Source of the DNA: Bacillota bacterium
Lineage (GTDB): Bacteria; Bacillota; UBA4882; UBA8346
Assembly (NCBI GenBank): GCA_023415835.1
Contig: JAEZJK010000042.1
Location: forward strand, 2,057-66,056
Length of the DNA: 64,000 bases
Direction: 5' to 3'
A program made the translations under genes and the position numbers. The notes beneath the pieces are model-generated. The model had not been told where the DNA came from, searched no databases, and worked only from the letters and a program-made list of their open reading frames with translations. Shown in pieces: positions 1-8,677 of the stretch. Each line of letters starts with the position of its first letter. Position 1 is the first letter of the stretch.

Positions 1-2841
1 ATGGGGCGGCTGGTTGTAGGCAACATTTTGCCAGGCTATGCCCAGCCGGTAGACCGGGTCGTGCATCAAGGTGTAAATCCGATGGGTAGTGATGTCGGTA
101 GTCGTATAGATTCGTAAATATTTACTGTCGGAAGTCCGCCAGATGGCCTCTTCCCGCCAATCCCCCAGAATATCGGCGGTCAAGGAAGGAGTGGCTTTGG
201 TACCGTTATTGGAAGCGAAACCGCTAGCCGAAAGCAAGGTGCCGCCGTTATATTTGGTGATGGTGGTCCCGTCCAGCAGTTCCCGGGATAAATCCCCATC
301 CCACCAGATCATGAAGTTAATCGGCAAACTATGGCTGCCAAGCTCCTGACCGGTGCTGGTAGTTAAGGGGACGCTTGCCGAAGCCCACATTTCACACCCG
401 GAATAACTGGCGGAAATATCTCCGATGCAAGCCCTTCCGGTGTCTTTGGAAGCTGTTTTCCGGAAGATAACCGATCCTGACCTGGCATCCCGGAAGGAAG
501 CGCCGTATGGTGAATTTTCATGGCATTGCCAGACTTCCAGGCCTTGACGGTTCGGGTCGAAATCGGAAACATGGAGAGCGTCTCCGTGGCCTAATCCGGT
601 GGAATATAAGCCTTTGCCATCATGATCGATGGCGCAGGCGCCGTAGATGATCTCGTCTTTCCCGTCGCTATCCACATCGGCGACACTCAGCGAGTGACTA
701 CCTTGACCGGCATAGGACGAATAACCGTTATTAGTATCGAAGGTCCACCGTTGGGTAAGGTTGCCGTCCCGGTAATCCCAAGCTACCAACACTGATCTGG
801 TGTAATAACCGCGGCACATGACCAGACTCGGCCGCTTTCCGTCGAGATAGGCGACACAGGCCAGGAAACGGTCCACCCGGTTGCCATAGGAATCGCCCCA
901 GTTGGAAACGGTGCCTCTGGCCGGTTGGTAACTGACAGTTTCCAGAGCCCTACCCGTGGCTCCCGAAAAGATAGTCAGATATTCCGGACCGCTAAGGATA
1001 TAGCCGGATGAATTGCGATAGTCGGCGCTGGCGCTGCCGATCACATTACCGGCCCCGTCGATGGTCCCGTCAGCCGTTTTACAGGCGACCTCGGCGTCCC
1101 CGTCCCCGTCCAAATCATAAACGATAAATTGGGTATAGTGGGCGCCGGCCCGGATGTTGATGCCTAAGTCAATCCGCCAGAGCCTGGTGCCGGTTAAGGT
1201 ATAAGCGTCCAGATACACATTTCCGGTATAACCGGAGTTGGCATTGTCTTGTGAGTTGGATGGGTCCCATTTGACAACGATCTCATATTTGCCGTCGCCA
1301 TCCAGGTCCCCAACACTGCAGTCGTTGGCGCTATAGGTATAACTAACGCCGTCGGGAGTAGTCCCGCCCGAAGGGACCTGCAACGGAACCTGTAAGTAAT
1401 TATTACTCCAAACGCTTGCGTTGGGCGACGCCGCTTGCTCGATTCCGTTAATGATCGCCCGCACCGAGTACGTGGAGCTGGTGGTCCCGGAGGCATCCAA
1501 ATAGTTGGTGGCGCCGGTTATGGGCGATGAATTGACCTTGGTCGAACCACGATATAAATTGTAGGAAACACTTGACGGTTCAGTCCCGAACATCCGCCAA
1601 CTGACGAAAGCCCCGCCGCTTACTTTTACGGCGACTACACCCCGATCCAGATTCTCCATCTGGCGCGTCCCGGTTTGAGAGGGCGTCGGAGTCGGAGTAG
1701 GCGTAGTGGTTGCAGCAGGTTTGGGTGTCGGAGTAGGTGTCGCCGACACGGTTTGCCCGGTTACTTGAAGGTAATCCGTATTTGGTCCGCCGTTGGAGGT
1801 GTTCGCGGTAGCGCGGATGGTGTTGCTGCCGCTGTTCAAGTAAACTGTGGCGGTTTGCGTGCTCCAAGTGGTCCAGGCTCCGGTCCCGTTGAAGGCCAGG
1901 TTACTAACGACCAAATTGCCATTGACATAAATATCAACGGAACGGTTAGTGGAGGTTCCATTGGCATATCTAAAGGTAAGCGTTTGATTTCCCGACTGGG
2001 ACATATTGACGGTCCATTCTATATAACTGCCGGTTTCATTGGTATAGTCTACAAATCCGGTCCCGGTATAACCGGTATGGTTAGTAGCGACAACACCATT
2101 ATAAATCACTCCGTTTTCAGCTTGGTAAATCGTGCCTCCGCTCTGTGTAGTAGTTGGAGTAGGAGTTGACCCGCTTGAGGCGGGAGTCGGAGTGGGAGTA
2201 GCCGTCGATGTAGTGGGAGTAGGTGTTGAAGAACCGCCTGACAAATCATCAACAGTAACATCGTCAAACTTGGCGACTACTTTATAAGCGATCAGCCCGG
2301 CCTTACCCGATGTTAGGCTGCTGTCGGTCGTTGTCAGTTCCAAGCTCCCGTTTACATACATGTTGATAGTTGAACCGTTAACTTCTAATTTAACAGTATA
2401 CCAGGTTCCGGCCGACAACGAATAACTCTTGGAAACCAAAGTCGTGCTACTGCCGCCGACCTTTTTCCGGATTTCCAGTTTGCCGCCGCTGGAGTTATAT
2501 AAACTGGCGGCGTAATAATTATTGCCATCCCCATAGCGGGCGCAAACATAGGCCCGGTTGGAACCATTAAAATTATCCACTTTAACCCGGGCTTGAACCG
2601 AATAATTGATCCAGGTCGAGGCGCCGGAGGAAGCCCGCCCTTCACTGGTGCTGGACTGGTAATAGACATAGGAACCGCTGTCTTCTACCACCGACCAGGT
2701 ACCGTTTTGAGTAGCCCAACCATCGGCGTTGCCGTCGTTGAAATTGTCGCTGAATAAGGTAGCCGCGTTGATTAAGACATGCATTGACAAAAATAATACG
2801 GATACAACCCCCAAAAGCAATAATAGTTTCGTTTTTTTCAA
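1..2841 (-). CDS. Secreted multidomain rhamnogalacturonan endolyase, PL11 (YesW-like). Order: signal peptide, LamG/DUF1080-like module, PT linker, CBM35/6-like module, PT linker, PL11 beta-propeller. The C-terminus runs off the window start.
   Basis: Hand translation of the minus strand. TTG start at 2839-2841, 8 nt after AGGAGG. N-terminus MKKTKLLLLLGVVSVLFLSMHVLINAATLFSDNFNDGNADGWATQNG. Also ...TPTTTQSGGTIYQAENGVIY..., ...SQTGTRQMENLDRGVVAVKVSGGAFVSWRMFGTEPSSVSY..., and DPVYRLGIAWQNVAYNQPPH at the window edge. These track B. subtilis YesW closely. The frame is continuous from 2841 to 1. The gene is absent from the ORF track because no stop lies in the window. Confidence 0.9.
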   Translation of the reverse strand, partial: MKKTKLLLLLGVVSVLFLSMHVLINAATLFSDNFNDGNADGWATQNGTWSVVEDSGSYVYYQSSTSEGRASSGASTWINYSVQARVKVDNFNGSNRAYVCARYGDGNNYYAASLYNSSGGKLEIRKKVGGSSTTLVSKSYSLSAGTWYTVKLEVNGSTINMYVNGSLELTTTDSSLTSGKAGLIAYKVVAKFDDVTVDDLSGGSSTPTPTTSTATPTPTPASSGSTPTPTTTQSGGTIYQAENGVIYNGVVATNHTGYTGTGFVDYTNETGSYIEWTVNMSQSGNQTLTFRYANGTSTNRSVDIYVNGNLVVSNLAFNGTGAWTTWSTQTATVYLNSGSNTIRATANTSNGGPNTDYLQVTGQTVSATPTPTPKPAATTTPTPTPTPSQTGTRQMENLDRGVVAVKVSGGAFVSWRMFGTEPSSVSYNLYRGSTKVNSSPITGATNYLDASGTTSSTYSVRAIINGIEQAASPNASVWSNNYLQVPLQVPSGGTTPDGVSYTYSANDCSVGDLDGDGKYEIVVKWDPSNSQDNANSGYTGNVYLDAYTLTGTRLWRIDLGINIRAGAHYTQFIVYDLDGDGDAEVACKTADGTIDGAGNVIGSASADYRNSSGYILSGPEYLTIFSGATGRALETVSYQPARGTVSNWGDSYGNRVDRFLACVAYLDGKRPSLVMCRGYYTRSVLVAWDYRDGNLTQRWTFDTNNGYSSYAGQGSHSLSVADVDSDGKDEIIYGACAIDHDGKGLYSTGLGHGDALHVSDFDPNRQGLEVWQCHENSPYGASFRDARSGSVIFRKTASKDTGRACIGDISASYSGCEMWASASVPLTTSTGQELGSHSLPINFMIWWDGDLSRELLDGTTITKYNGGTLLSASGFASNNGTKATPSLTADILGDWREEAIWRTSDSKYLRIYTTTDITTHRIYTLMHDPVYRLGIAWQNVAYNQPPH

Positions 2842-3119
2842 ATCAATTATCCTCCTTGCTTAAATTTGTTGCAAAGATCGAATTATAAGATTACCACCTC
2901 CTTTAAACCGGGAGTTAATAATGGTATTTACCTTTAGTTAAACCCCGTAATTTATAAATAGTAATAAACACTAACCAAAATCCATAATAACAAGTTAGTA
3001 ATGGTACATTCTTTTGTTCGTACATTATTATATAATATTAGTACAAGTTAAACAAGAATATTATAATTTTTTTGATCGATTGCTAAATTGGGTTTTTTAT
3101 TATATCCGGTAAGGGTTAT

Positions 3120-3152
3120 TTTCATAAAAGAACCCCCCTAAATTGGGGGGAT
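3120..3152 (-). terminator. Intrinsic terminator downstream of the MBL-fold gene
   Basis: CCCCCC (3133-3138) / GGGGGG (3145-3150) hairpin with a 6-nt loop. On the minus strand it is followed by UUCUUUUAUGAAAA. Confidence 0.6.
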
Positions 3153-3276
3153 CCGGTATTTCAATTTGGACTACTAATAACTTAGGTATTAACTTCGTTG
3201 GCTCAAGGGCACTTAATTCCTTAAACGAAAAATCCTGACTGTTCTTCAAAGACGGAATTTATAGGCCGTTCCCTAT

Positions 3277-4038
3277 TCACTCCGGCTTCCAGGCAGTGAG
3301 TACTACCATTTCATTTTGAAGTTCGCTCCCGATTGTCAAATGCTCCGCATACCTGACTTTAGTGCCCGGTTTTAAAACGTCCAAGTATTTATCGACCGTA
3401 TTCAGGTTGAAGAGCGGGTTTTCCTTATTGATGCTATAGTGAAACGGGACTACGGTTTTGGCCTGAATCAGGGCGGTTAGTTCAACCACTTTTTCCACCG
3501 GCATCGTAAAGACCTCACCCACCGGGGCAAATATCAGATCAGCGCCTTTTAATGCTTGGATTACCTCGGGCGCCGGGATATCCCCCAAGTCTCCCAAGTG
3601 GACGATTTTATACTTTCCAATGGTGAATTGAAAGATAATATTCGGGCCTCGTTTAGCGCCCTGGACCTCGTCATGGAACGAGGGGAATCCGGATACGGTC
3701 ACCATACCCACGGATTTTGGGGCGGAAGGGATCGCGTTGATGATTACCGGTGAACCTTTGACCCGATTGACTGCGTTATGGTCGCTGTGCCCGTGGCTTA
3801 CCGTTACCAAGTTCGCTTCCAGTGCCGGTGGCGCATAGGGGAGGCTAGCGTCATAAGGGTCGGTAATAATTCTGGTTCCGTCCGGGGCTTGAATGTAAAG
3901 GCAAGATTGGCCGAGCCATTTAATGATAAGTTGGTTAGGGGTGTTTTCAGCGTTCAAAACAGAGTTACCGATGAATAAAGTAGTAAATAAGGTTGTTAAC
4001 AGGAAAAATTTTTGATTGCGGGAAAGTCGAATTGGCAT
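3277..4038 (-). CDS. Secreted MBL-fold metallo-hydrolase
   Basis: N-terminal hydrophobic signal-like segment. HGHSDH metal-binding motif (VTVSHGHSDHN) and a later HLGDLGD motif, typical of the metallo-beta-lactamase fold. Confidence 0.8.
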   Translation of the reverse strand: MPIRLSRNQKFFLLTTLFTTLFIGNSVLNAENTPNQLIIKWLGQSCLYIQAPDGTRIITDPYDASLPYAPPALEANLVTVSHGHSDHNAVNRVKGSPVIINAIPSAPKSVGMVTVSGFPSFHDEVQGAKRGPNIIFQFTIGKYKIVHLGDLGDIPAPEVIQALKGADLIFAPVGEVFTMPVEKVVELTALIQAKTVVPFHYSINKENPLFNLNTVDKYLDVLKPGTKVRYAEHLTIGSELQNEMVVLTAWKPE

Positions 4039-4066
4039 TGTTTGCGCCCTCCATTTATTTTATTTG

Positions 4067-4188
4067 AGCGAGTTTCATAATTACAAAAATTTATCTTCGC
4101 ATGCAATATATAGTGTAGGTTTTATTTTAGTTTATCAATATATTGTATGCGAAGCCAGAAAAAGGAATTATGAAACCGCCTAATTTAA
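4067..4188 (+). repeat. Repeat A copy 1: 122-bp nested-palindrome, MITE/REP-like element
   Basis: About 94% identical by hand alignment to 38908-39030, in the same orientation. Outer inverted repeat GAGTTTCATAATT ... AATTATGAAACCG. Inner 17-bp inverted repeat CTTCGCATGCAATATAT ... ATATATTGTATGCGAAG. Confidence 0.8.
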
Positions 4189-4356
4189 CAAACTAATGTA
4201 AATATATAGCCCTAATGTAAATATATAGTCATTGGAATCCGTTGTCAACTTTTTTTGTACTAGTTTTAGTACTATATTAGTCAGTACCGATTAGTACCAT
4301 TTCCTAGCAGGAGTTCATTTCGAATTACCGAATAAAAACGGATGGGAAAGTAATAT

Positions 4357-5607
4357 GTGTCTTCGGAGTTTAAAATGCCCGAACGGATTTTACGGATCAT
4401 TGTCTTCATAATGTCAGCCCTGGCTCATCTGGTGGCCTTTTATCAGTTAGAGTTTCAGATCGAGGTCTTTAACCTTTCCACCTTATATCAGGCTTTCCTT
4501 CCCGCCAATTACGAATTCATCAGCATCTGGCTCTTGGCCTTGTCCTTAATTTTCGCTATTTTCATGCTCTACTCCTTTCCGGAACGTTGGTATTGGTTCT
4601 TCTTCTGCGCCAGGGGCTTAATCTTGCTCTTAGTCGGGAGGGTGTTCGGCGATTATTTCGGAATCGAAATGACTTTGCTGGCGTCGCTGATCATTGAAGC
4701 CTGTATCTACCTTCCGTTTTGGAAAGGGATCGCTTACTCTGTTGGATTAACAACCATCATCGTCCTGTTTCATTCCTTAGCTTTCGGTATTAAAATGCCA
4801 TTTTTCAATTTATATGAACACCTAACCTTTATCATGAACGCGGCGTTAATCATCGGAATTACTTCTTTGCTAAGGTTTCAGCGGGAAAATCAGGTCTCGG
4901 TTACCGAGTTAAACCGGAGGCTCGACGAAGCAACTCTAGAACTGGCTCAAACCAATATGAAGCTTCAAGAATACGCGATCTCCGCAGAACAGGAAGCGAT
5001 GTTGAATGAGAGGAAACGGGTGGCGCGGGAGGTTCACGATACCCTAGCCTATACTCTAACCAATTTAGTGATGATGATGGAAGCGGCGATCGACCTTATC
5101 CAAAAAAACAGCCCTAAAATAACCAAACATTTAGAATTGGCCCGGGATCAAGCTAACGAAGGGCTGAGGGAAGTAAGGAACGCCTTACATGCGTTGCGCC
5201 CGGTACAGTTGACCGATTTAAACGGTTTAGCGGCAATCTGCCGCTTGGTGAAAGCCTTTGAAAAAGCCAGCCAAATTAAAGTCGAATTGGAATTGGGAGA
5301 CGCACCGTTAAACTTCGGGGCGGAAGCCAATTTAGTCGCCTTCCGCTTGGTCCAGGAGGGAATGACCAATGCCTTGCGCCATGGCAGAGCCTCTTTGATT
5401 ACGGTTTCCTTGGCCAAGGTCCGGGATGGTTTAAGCGTCATTATTAAAGATAATGGAATTGGCAGTGGAAATGCCGCTCCTACCACTGGATATGGTTTGG
5501 CGGGAATGAGGGAGCGCTTGGAAAGATTAGGCGGCAAGCTGGAAGTTGTCAGCACGGCTGGGGAAGGGTTCACGTTAGCGGCGTGGCTTCCCATTGAGAA
5601 GGAGTGA
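4357..5607 (+). CDS. Sensor histidine kinase, NarL/DegS-type (HisKA_3), with a multi-TM N-terminus and no obvious extracytoplasmic domain
   Basis: About 5-6 predicted TM segments, a coiled-coil, the H-box REVHDTLAYTLTNL, and ATPase motifs NALRHG, DNGIG and GYGLAGMRERLERLGG. The start (GTG 4357 or ATG 4375) is uncertain. Confidence 0.85.
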   Translation: MSSEFKMPERILRIIVFIMSALAHLVAFYQLEFQIEVFNLSTLYQAFLPANYEFISIWLLALSLIFAIFMLYSFPERWYWFFFCARGLILLLVGRVFGDYFGIEMTLLASLIIEACIYLPFWKGIAYSVGLTTIIVLFHSLAFGIKMPFFNLYEHLTFIMNAALIIGITSLLRFQRENQVSVTELNRRLDEATLELAQTNMKLQEYAISAEQEAMLNERKRVAREVHDTLAYTLTNLVMMMEAAIDLIQKNSPKITKHLELARDQANEGLREVRNALHALRPVQLTDLNGLAAICRLVKAFEKASQIKVELELGDAPLNFGAEANLVAFRLVQEGMTNALRHGRASLITVSLAKVRDGLSVIIKDNGIGSGNAAPTTGYGLAGMRERLERLGGKLEVVSTAGEGFTLAAWLPIEKE

Positions 5608-5611
5608 AAAA

Positions 5612-6274
5612 GTGGAGAAGATTAAAGTAGTATTGGTCGACGACCAGACCCTCTTTGCGGAAAGCTTGCGGACTGTCTTGGAAACCCGGGCCGATGATAT
5701 GATAGTAGTCGGGGTCGCTGGCGACGGTGGCCGGGCGGTTGAGGTAGTGGCGGAAACTAGCCCCGATGTAGTGCTAATGGATGTACGGATGCCCGGAATT
5801 AATGGCGTGGAAAGCACCAGGCTCATTAAAGAACGCTATCCGGAGACCCGGGTATTAATGTTAACCACTTTCGACGACGACCAATATGTGATTGAGGCCC
5901 TCCGCTTAGGGGCTGTCGGATATTTGTTAAAAAACATGCCGCCCGCCGAATTGATCTCAGCCATCCGCGCCGTTCATGAGGGAGGCGTCTTAATATCGCC
6001 GCAAGTAGCTAATAAACTGGTAGGGTTATTAACCGGTTCCCAAAATAAACCCGAGGGAAATAACCAAATTGAGTCATTGGCCAATCAACTGAGTAGCCGG
6101 GAAAAGGAGATTCTGCAGTTGATGGCGGAGGGTTTGGATAATAAAGAAATTGCCAAGATACTATTCATCGCTGAACAAACGGTAAAGAACTATGTTAGCG
6201 TTATCTACTCCAAGTTAGGAGTGAAGGATCGGATCCAAGCCTCCCGAATGGTTATGAAAGCAGGGCTAAAATAA
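5612..6274 (+). CDS. Response regulator, NarL/LuxR family (REC + HTH)
   Basis: KVVLVDDQ, DVVLMDVRMPGINGVE, and a C-terminal LuxR HTH (LSSREKEILQLMAEGLDNKEIAKILFIAEQTVKNYVSVIYSKLGV). I prefer the GTG at 5612, 7 nt after GAGAAGGAG, over the track start at 5594. Confidence 0.9.
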   Translation: MEKIKVVLVDDQTLFAESLRTVLETRADDMIVVGVAGDGGRAVEVVAETSPDVVLMDVRMPGINGVESTRLIKERYPETRVLMLTTFDDDQYVIEALRLGAVGYLLKNMPPAELISAIRAVHEGGVLISPQVANKLVGLLTGSQNKPEGNNQIESLANQLSSREKEILQLMAEGLDNKEIAKILFIAEQTVKNYVSVIYSKLGVKDRIQASRMVMKAGLK

Positions 6275-6404
6275 TGATTGGCTAAGTACTAAAAAGTACT
6301 ATTTAAAATTACTAAATATGGTACGCCAGTAAGTCGACTTACGCCATTATTCCTATTATGATAAAGATATAAAAGCCATTAATAAGTTTTAAAGTGAGAA
6401 ACCG

Positions 6405-8033
6405 ATGAAAAAGATTCTAGTCATCCTGATAACGGTTATATTCTCCTTGCTATCTGCCAAACCGGGGATTGGGGCTGAAGTATATCTCAGGATAAGCGTC
6501 GGCTTTGGCGGTTATGTGGTTCCGGGAGCCTTAATGCCGGTCCTGGTTGAAATCAATCAGACGGTAGCTGCCGGCCGGTTAGAAATAATTAACCCCGGCG
6601 AAGCAGGGGCTTTTTCGATTATTGACAGTTTTCCGGTTGAAAATTCAAAACGGGTTGAAGCTTCAGTTTTTATTAATGAGAATGTTAATGGCTTAAAAAT
6701 TAAGTTAATCTCGGGGGAAGAGATCTTGGTAGAAACCGGGCTGAACCCAGAGGCTAAAATATTCCCCGGCAATCTGGTTTTGGCGGTTAAAGTGCCTGCG
6801 TCGGAGCAACACGCTATTGAACGCGCGTTGCTTCCCAATGAACCGGTATTGGTAGCTCCGGTCCGAATTGGCGATCTGCCGGGGACTGCCCTGAATTACG
6901 ACGGAGTTAGCGGCTTGGCGCTTACCGATCCGGGTCCAGTTTTAACACCGGCGCAAGTCCAAGCTTTAAAAGTTTGGCTGGCGGGAGGCGGACGGATGGT
7001 GCTCGGCGCGGTCCGTCCCGGCCAAGATAGCCTTTTGTCAGCGTTGGGGATTGATTTGGAAGATTCGGAGCAAAACTTTTTTCAGTTCGGCTTTGGTGGA
7101 ATTACCCTACTGCGGCATGAATTCAATGACCTGAAACAGGGCGCTAAAGAATGGCAAGGGTTGTTAAATTTAGAGCCCTTTACGAAAAAATCCCGGCTGA
7201 TGGTTAACGGATTGTTTCCGGAATTTAAAACTAACCTAGCCAAGGGTTTAAAGAGAGAACCATCAAAAACCGCCTCTTACTTGGCAATGATTTTAATCCT
7301 TTGGCTCATTACAGGTTTAGCTATTGTTATTCCGGTTAAGCGTAGGCGGATGTCACTCTTACTCTGTTTCTCGTTACTTTGGATAACGGCAGCTTTTCCT
7401 ATTGGAAACTGGCTGGCCGGTATCTGGAACCGCGGAGCGGAAGTCCAGATTCGAACAATTATTTTCCCAGAGCACGGCTGGATGTTGACGGATGCCAGGG
7501 TACGTTTGGAGAGTTTAAGCGGGGGCAAAACGGAATATTTAAAATCCTCACCCTGGGGTGGGAGAGTTTTATTAGGTAATGGAAATCTAGGAACAGTCAG
7601 AGTGAAAAACCAACCAAACGAATTTCTGTGGGAGCATTCGTTAAGCTCTCCCCAAGCCGTTCCTAAAACTGCCGGTCCCGGATGGGTAAATTTGAACGGT
7701 TGGTTTCCGATCAAACGGCAATATTCAGGAAAAAGCAGCGCAATATCGGTTTTTAAAACCGGGTTTAGCTCCGAGGCGGTAGTATGGGATGGACAAAATT
7801 TGTATACAGCCCGGGATTTCCCCCAATCCAGCGGCCAGGGGGAGAAAATTGAGCAAATACCGGAATGGCTTCGGGAAGAGAACGAATGGCTGAGTAAGTT
7901 AAACCAGTTTAACCCCGGTTCTTTTTGGTTAATCGGGTGTGGTTCATTATCTGATATTGCTTTTAAAATTGATAACAATGATTTTCGTGGTGGCTTGTGG
8001 GCGCTACCGTTATCGAAAGGGGCCCTAAAATGA
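6405..8033 (+). CDS. Uncharacterised secreted/membrane protein; first gene of the MoxR-VWA (Bat-like) operon
   Basis: Signal peptide. LTPAQVQALKVWLAGGGRMVLG resembles GATase1-like/DUF4350-type folds (weak). Two central TM helices. No confident family assignment. Confidence 0.6.
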   Translation: MKKILVILITVIFSLLSAKPGIGAEVYLRISVGFGGYVVPGALMPVLVEINQTVAAGRLEIINPGEAGAFSIIDSFPVENSKRVEASVFINENVNGLKIKLISGEEILVETGLNPEAKIFPGNLVLAVKVPASEQHAIERALLPNEPVLVAPVRIGDLPGTALNYDGVSGLALTDPGPVLTPAQVQALKVWLAGGGRMVLGAVRPGQDSLLSALGIDLEDSEQNFFQFGFGGITLLRHEFNDLKQGAKEWQGLLNLEPFTKKSRLMVNGLFPEFKTNLAKGLKREPSKTASYLAMILILWLITGLAIVIPVKRRRMSLLLCFSLLWITAAFPIGNWLAGIWNRGAEVQIRTIIFPEHGWMLTDARVRLESLSGGKTEYLKSSPWGGRVLLGNGNLGTVRVKNQPNEFLWEHSLSSPQAVPKTAGPGWVNLNGWFPIKRQYSGKSSAISVFKTGFSSEAVVWDGQNLYTARDFPQSSGQGEKIEQIPEWLREENEWLSKLNQFNPGSFWLIGCGSLSDIAFKIDNNDFRGGLWALPLSKGALK

Positions 8034-8677
8034 TTGCGGTGATCTTTTCGGAAATAGCCGGTTGGCTGAAATATGGATCTAGGGCAACCATATCCGGCAT
8101 GGTAATTTTGATGGGATTCGCCGGTAGTTTGACTTTTTTACGGCCTGAGTATTGCTTGGAGATTTTAACCGCCGGTATTTTATGGGTAGCGATTAAGGCC
8201 GGCAAGGAGAACTGGTCAGAGTTTTGGACTCGAGATTGGGTAAAACGGACCGATCTACCGTTACGGACTGTCATTTTGGGAAAAGTATTGGCTACCCTGG
8301 TAGTAGCTTCAATTCATTTGTTGTTTGTGCTGCCGATATTGATTATAATGCTGATTTTATGGGGGTTTACATGGTGGCAATTGTCAAATGTATTGTTAAC
8401 TATGTTGATCTCCGGGTTGATTGCTGCGGAATTCGGATTGTGCGGTTCTTGCTTGGGTAAAGGCGAGGAAACTTTTTTAATCGATATTCCTGTCACTGTT
8501 TGGATGGTAGCGACCGCGCTAAACCCCTCGTTAAGGCAGCTTAACCCTTTTTATTGTGTGTGGAACGTATTGGTTTCTAATGTTCAATGGTTTACTGCGG
8601 CTCATTTCATAAATTTGGGTATTGTTGCGTTGTTGGTTTTGACGGTTGAATTTTTGTTCCAAAGGGAGGCTCATTAA
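8030..8677 (+). CDS. Polytopic membrane protein (possibly ABC-2/NosY-like permease fold)
   Basis: About 6 hydrophobic helices. The ATG at 8030 overlaps the upstream stop (ATGA), so I prefer it to the track start at 7997. Confidence 0.55.
   Translation: MIAVIFSEIAGWLKYGSRATISGMVILMGFAGSLTFLRPEYCLEILTAGILWVAIKAGKENWSEFWTRDWVKRTDLPLRTVILGKVLATLVVASIHLLFVLPILIIMLILWGFTWWQLSNVLLTMLISGLIAAEFGLCGSCLGKGEETFLIDIPVTVWMVATALNPSLRQLNPFYCVWNVLVSNVQWFTAAHFINLGIVALLVLTVEFLFQREAH

Noticed and set aside
143-2669. Seven ORFs of 68-164 aa in the track on both strands (143-349, 363-572, 1194-1496, 1580-1867, 1675-2169, 2385-2669 and others)
   Set aside because: They all lie inside, and out of frame with or antisense to, the continuous 947-codon PL11 lyase reading frame. 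Their translations are low-complexity (Arg/Pro/Ser/Gly-rich) shadows of that frame.
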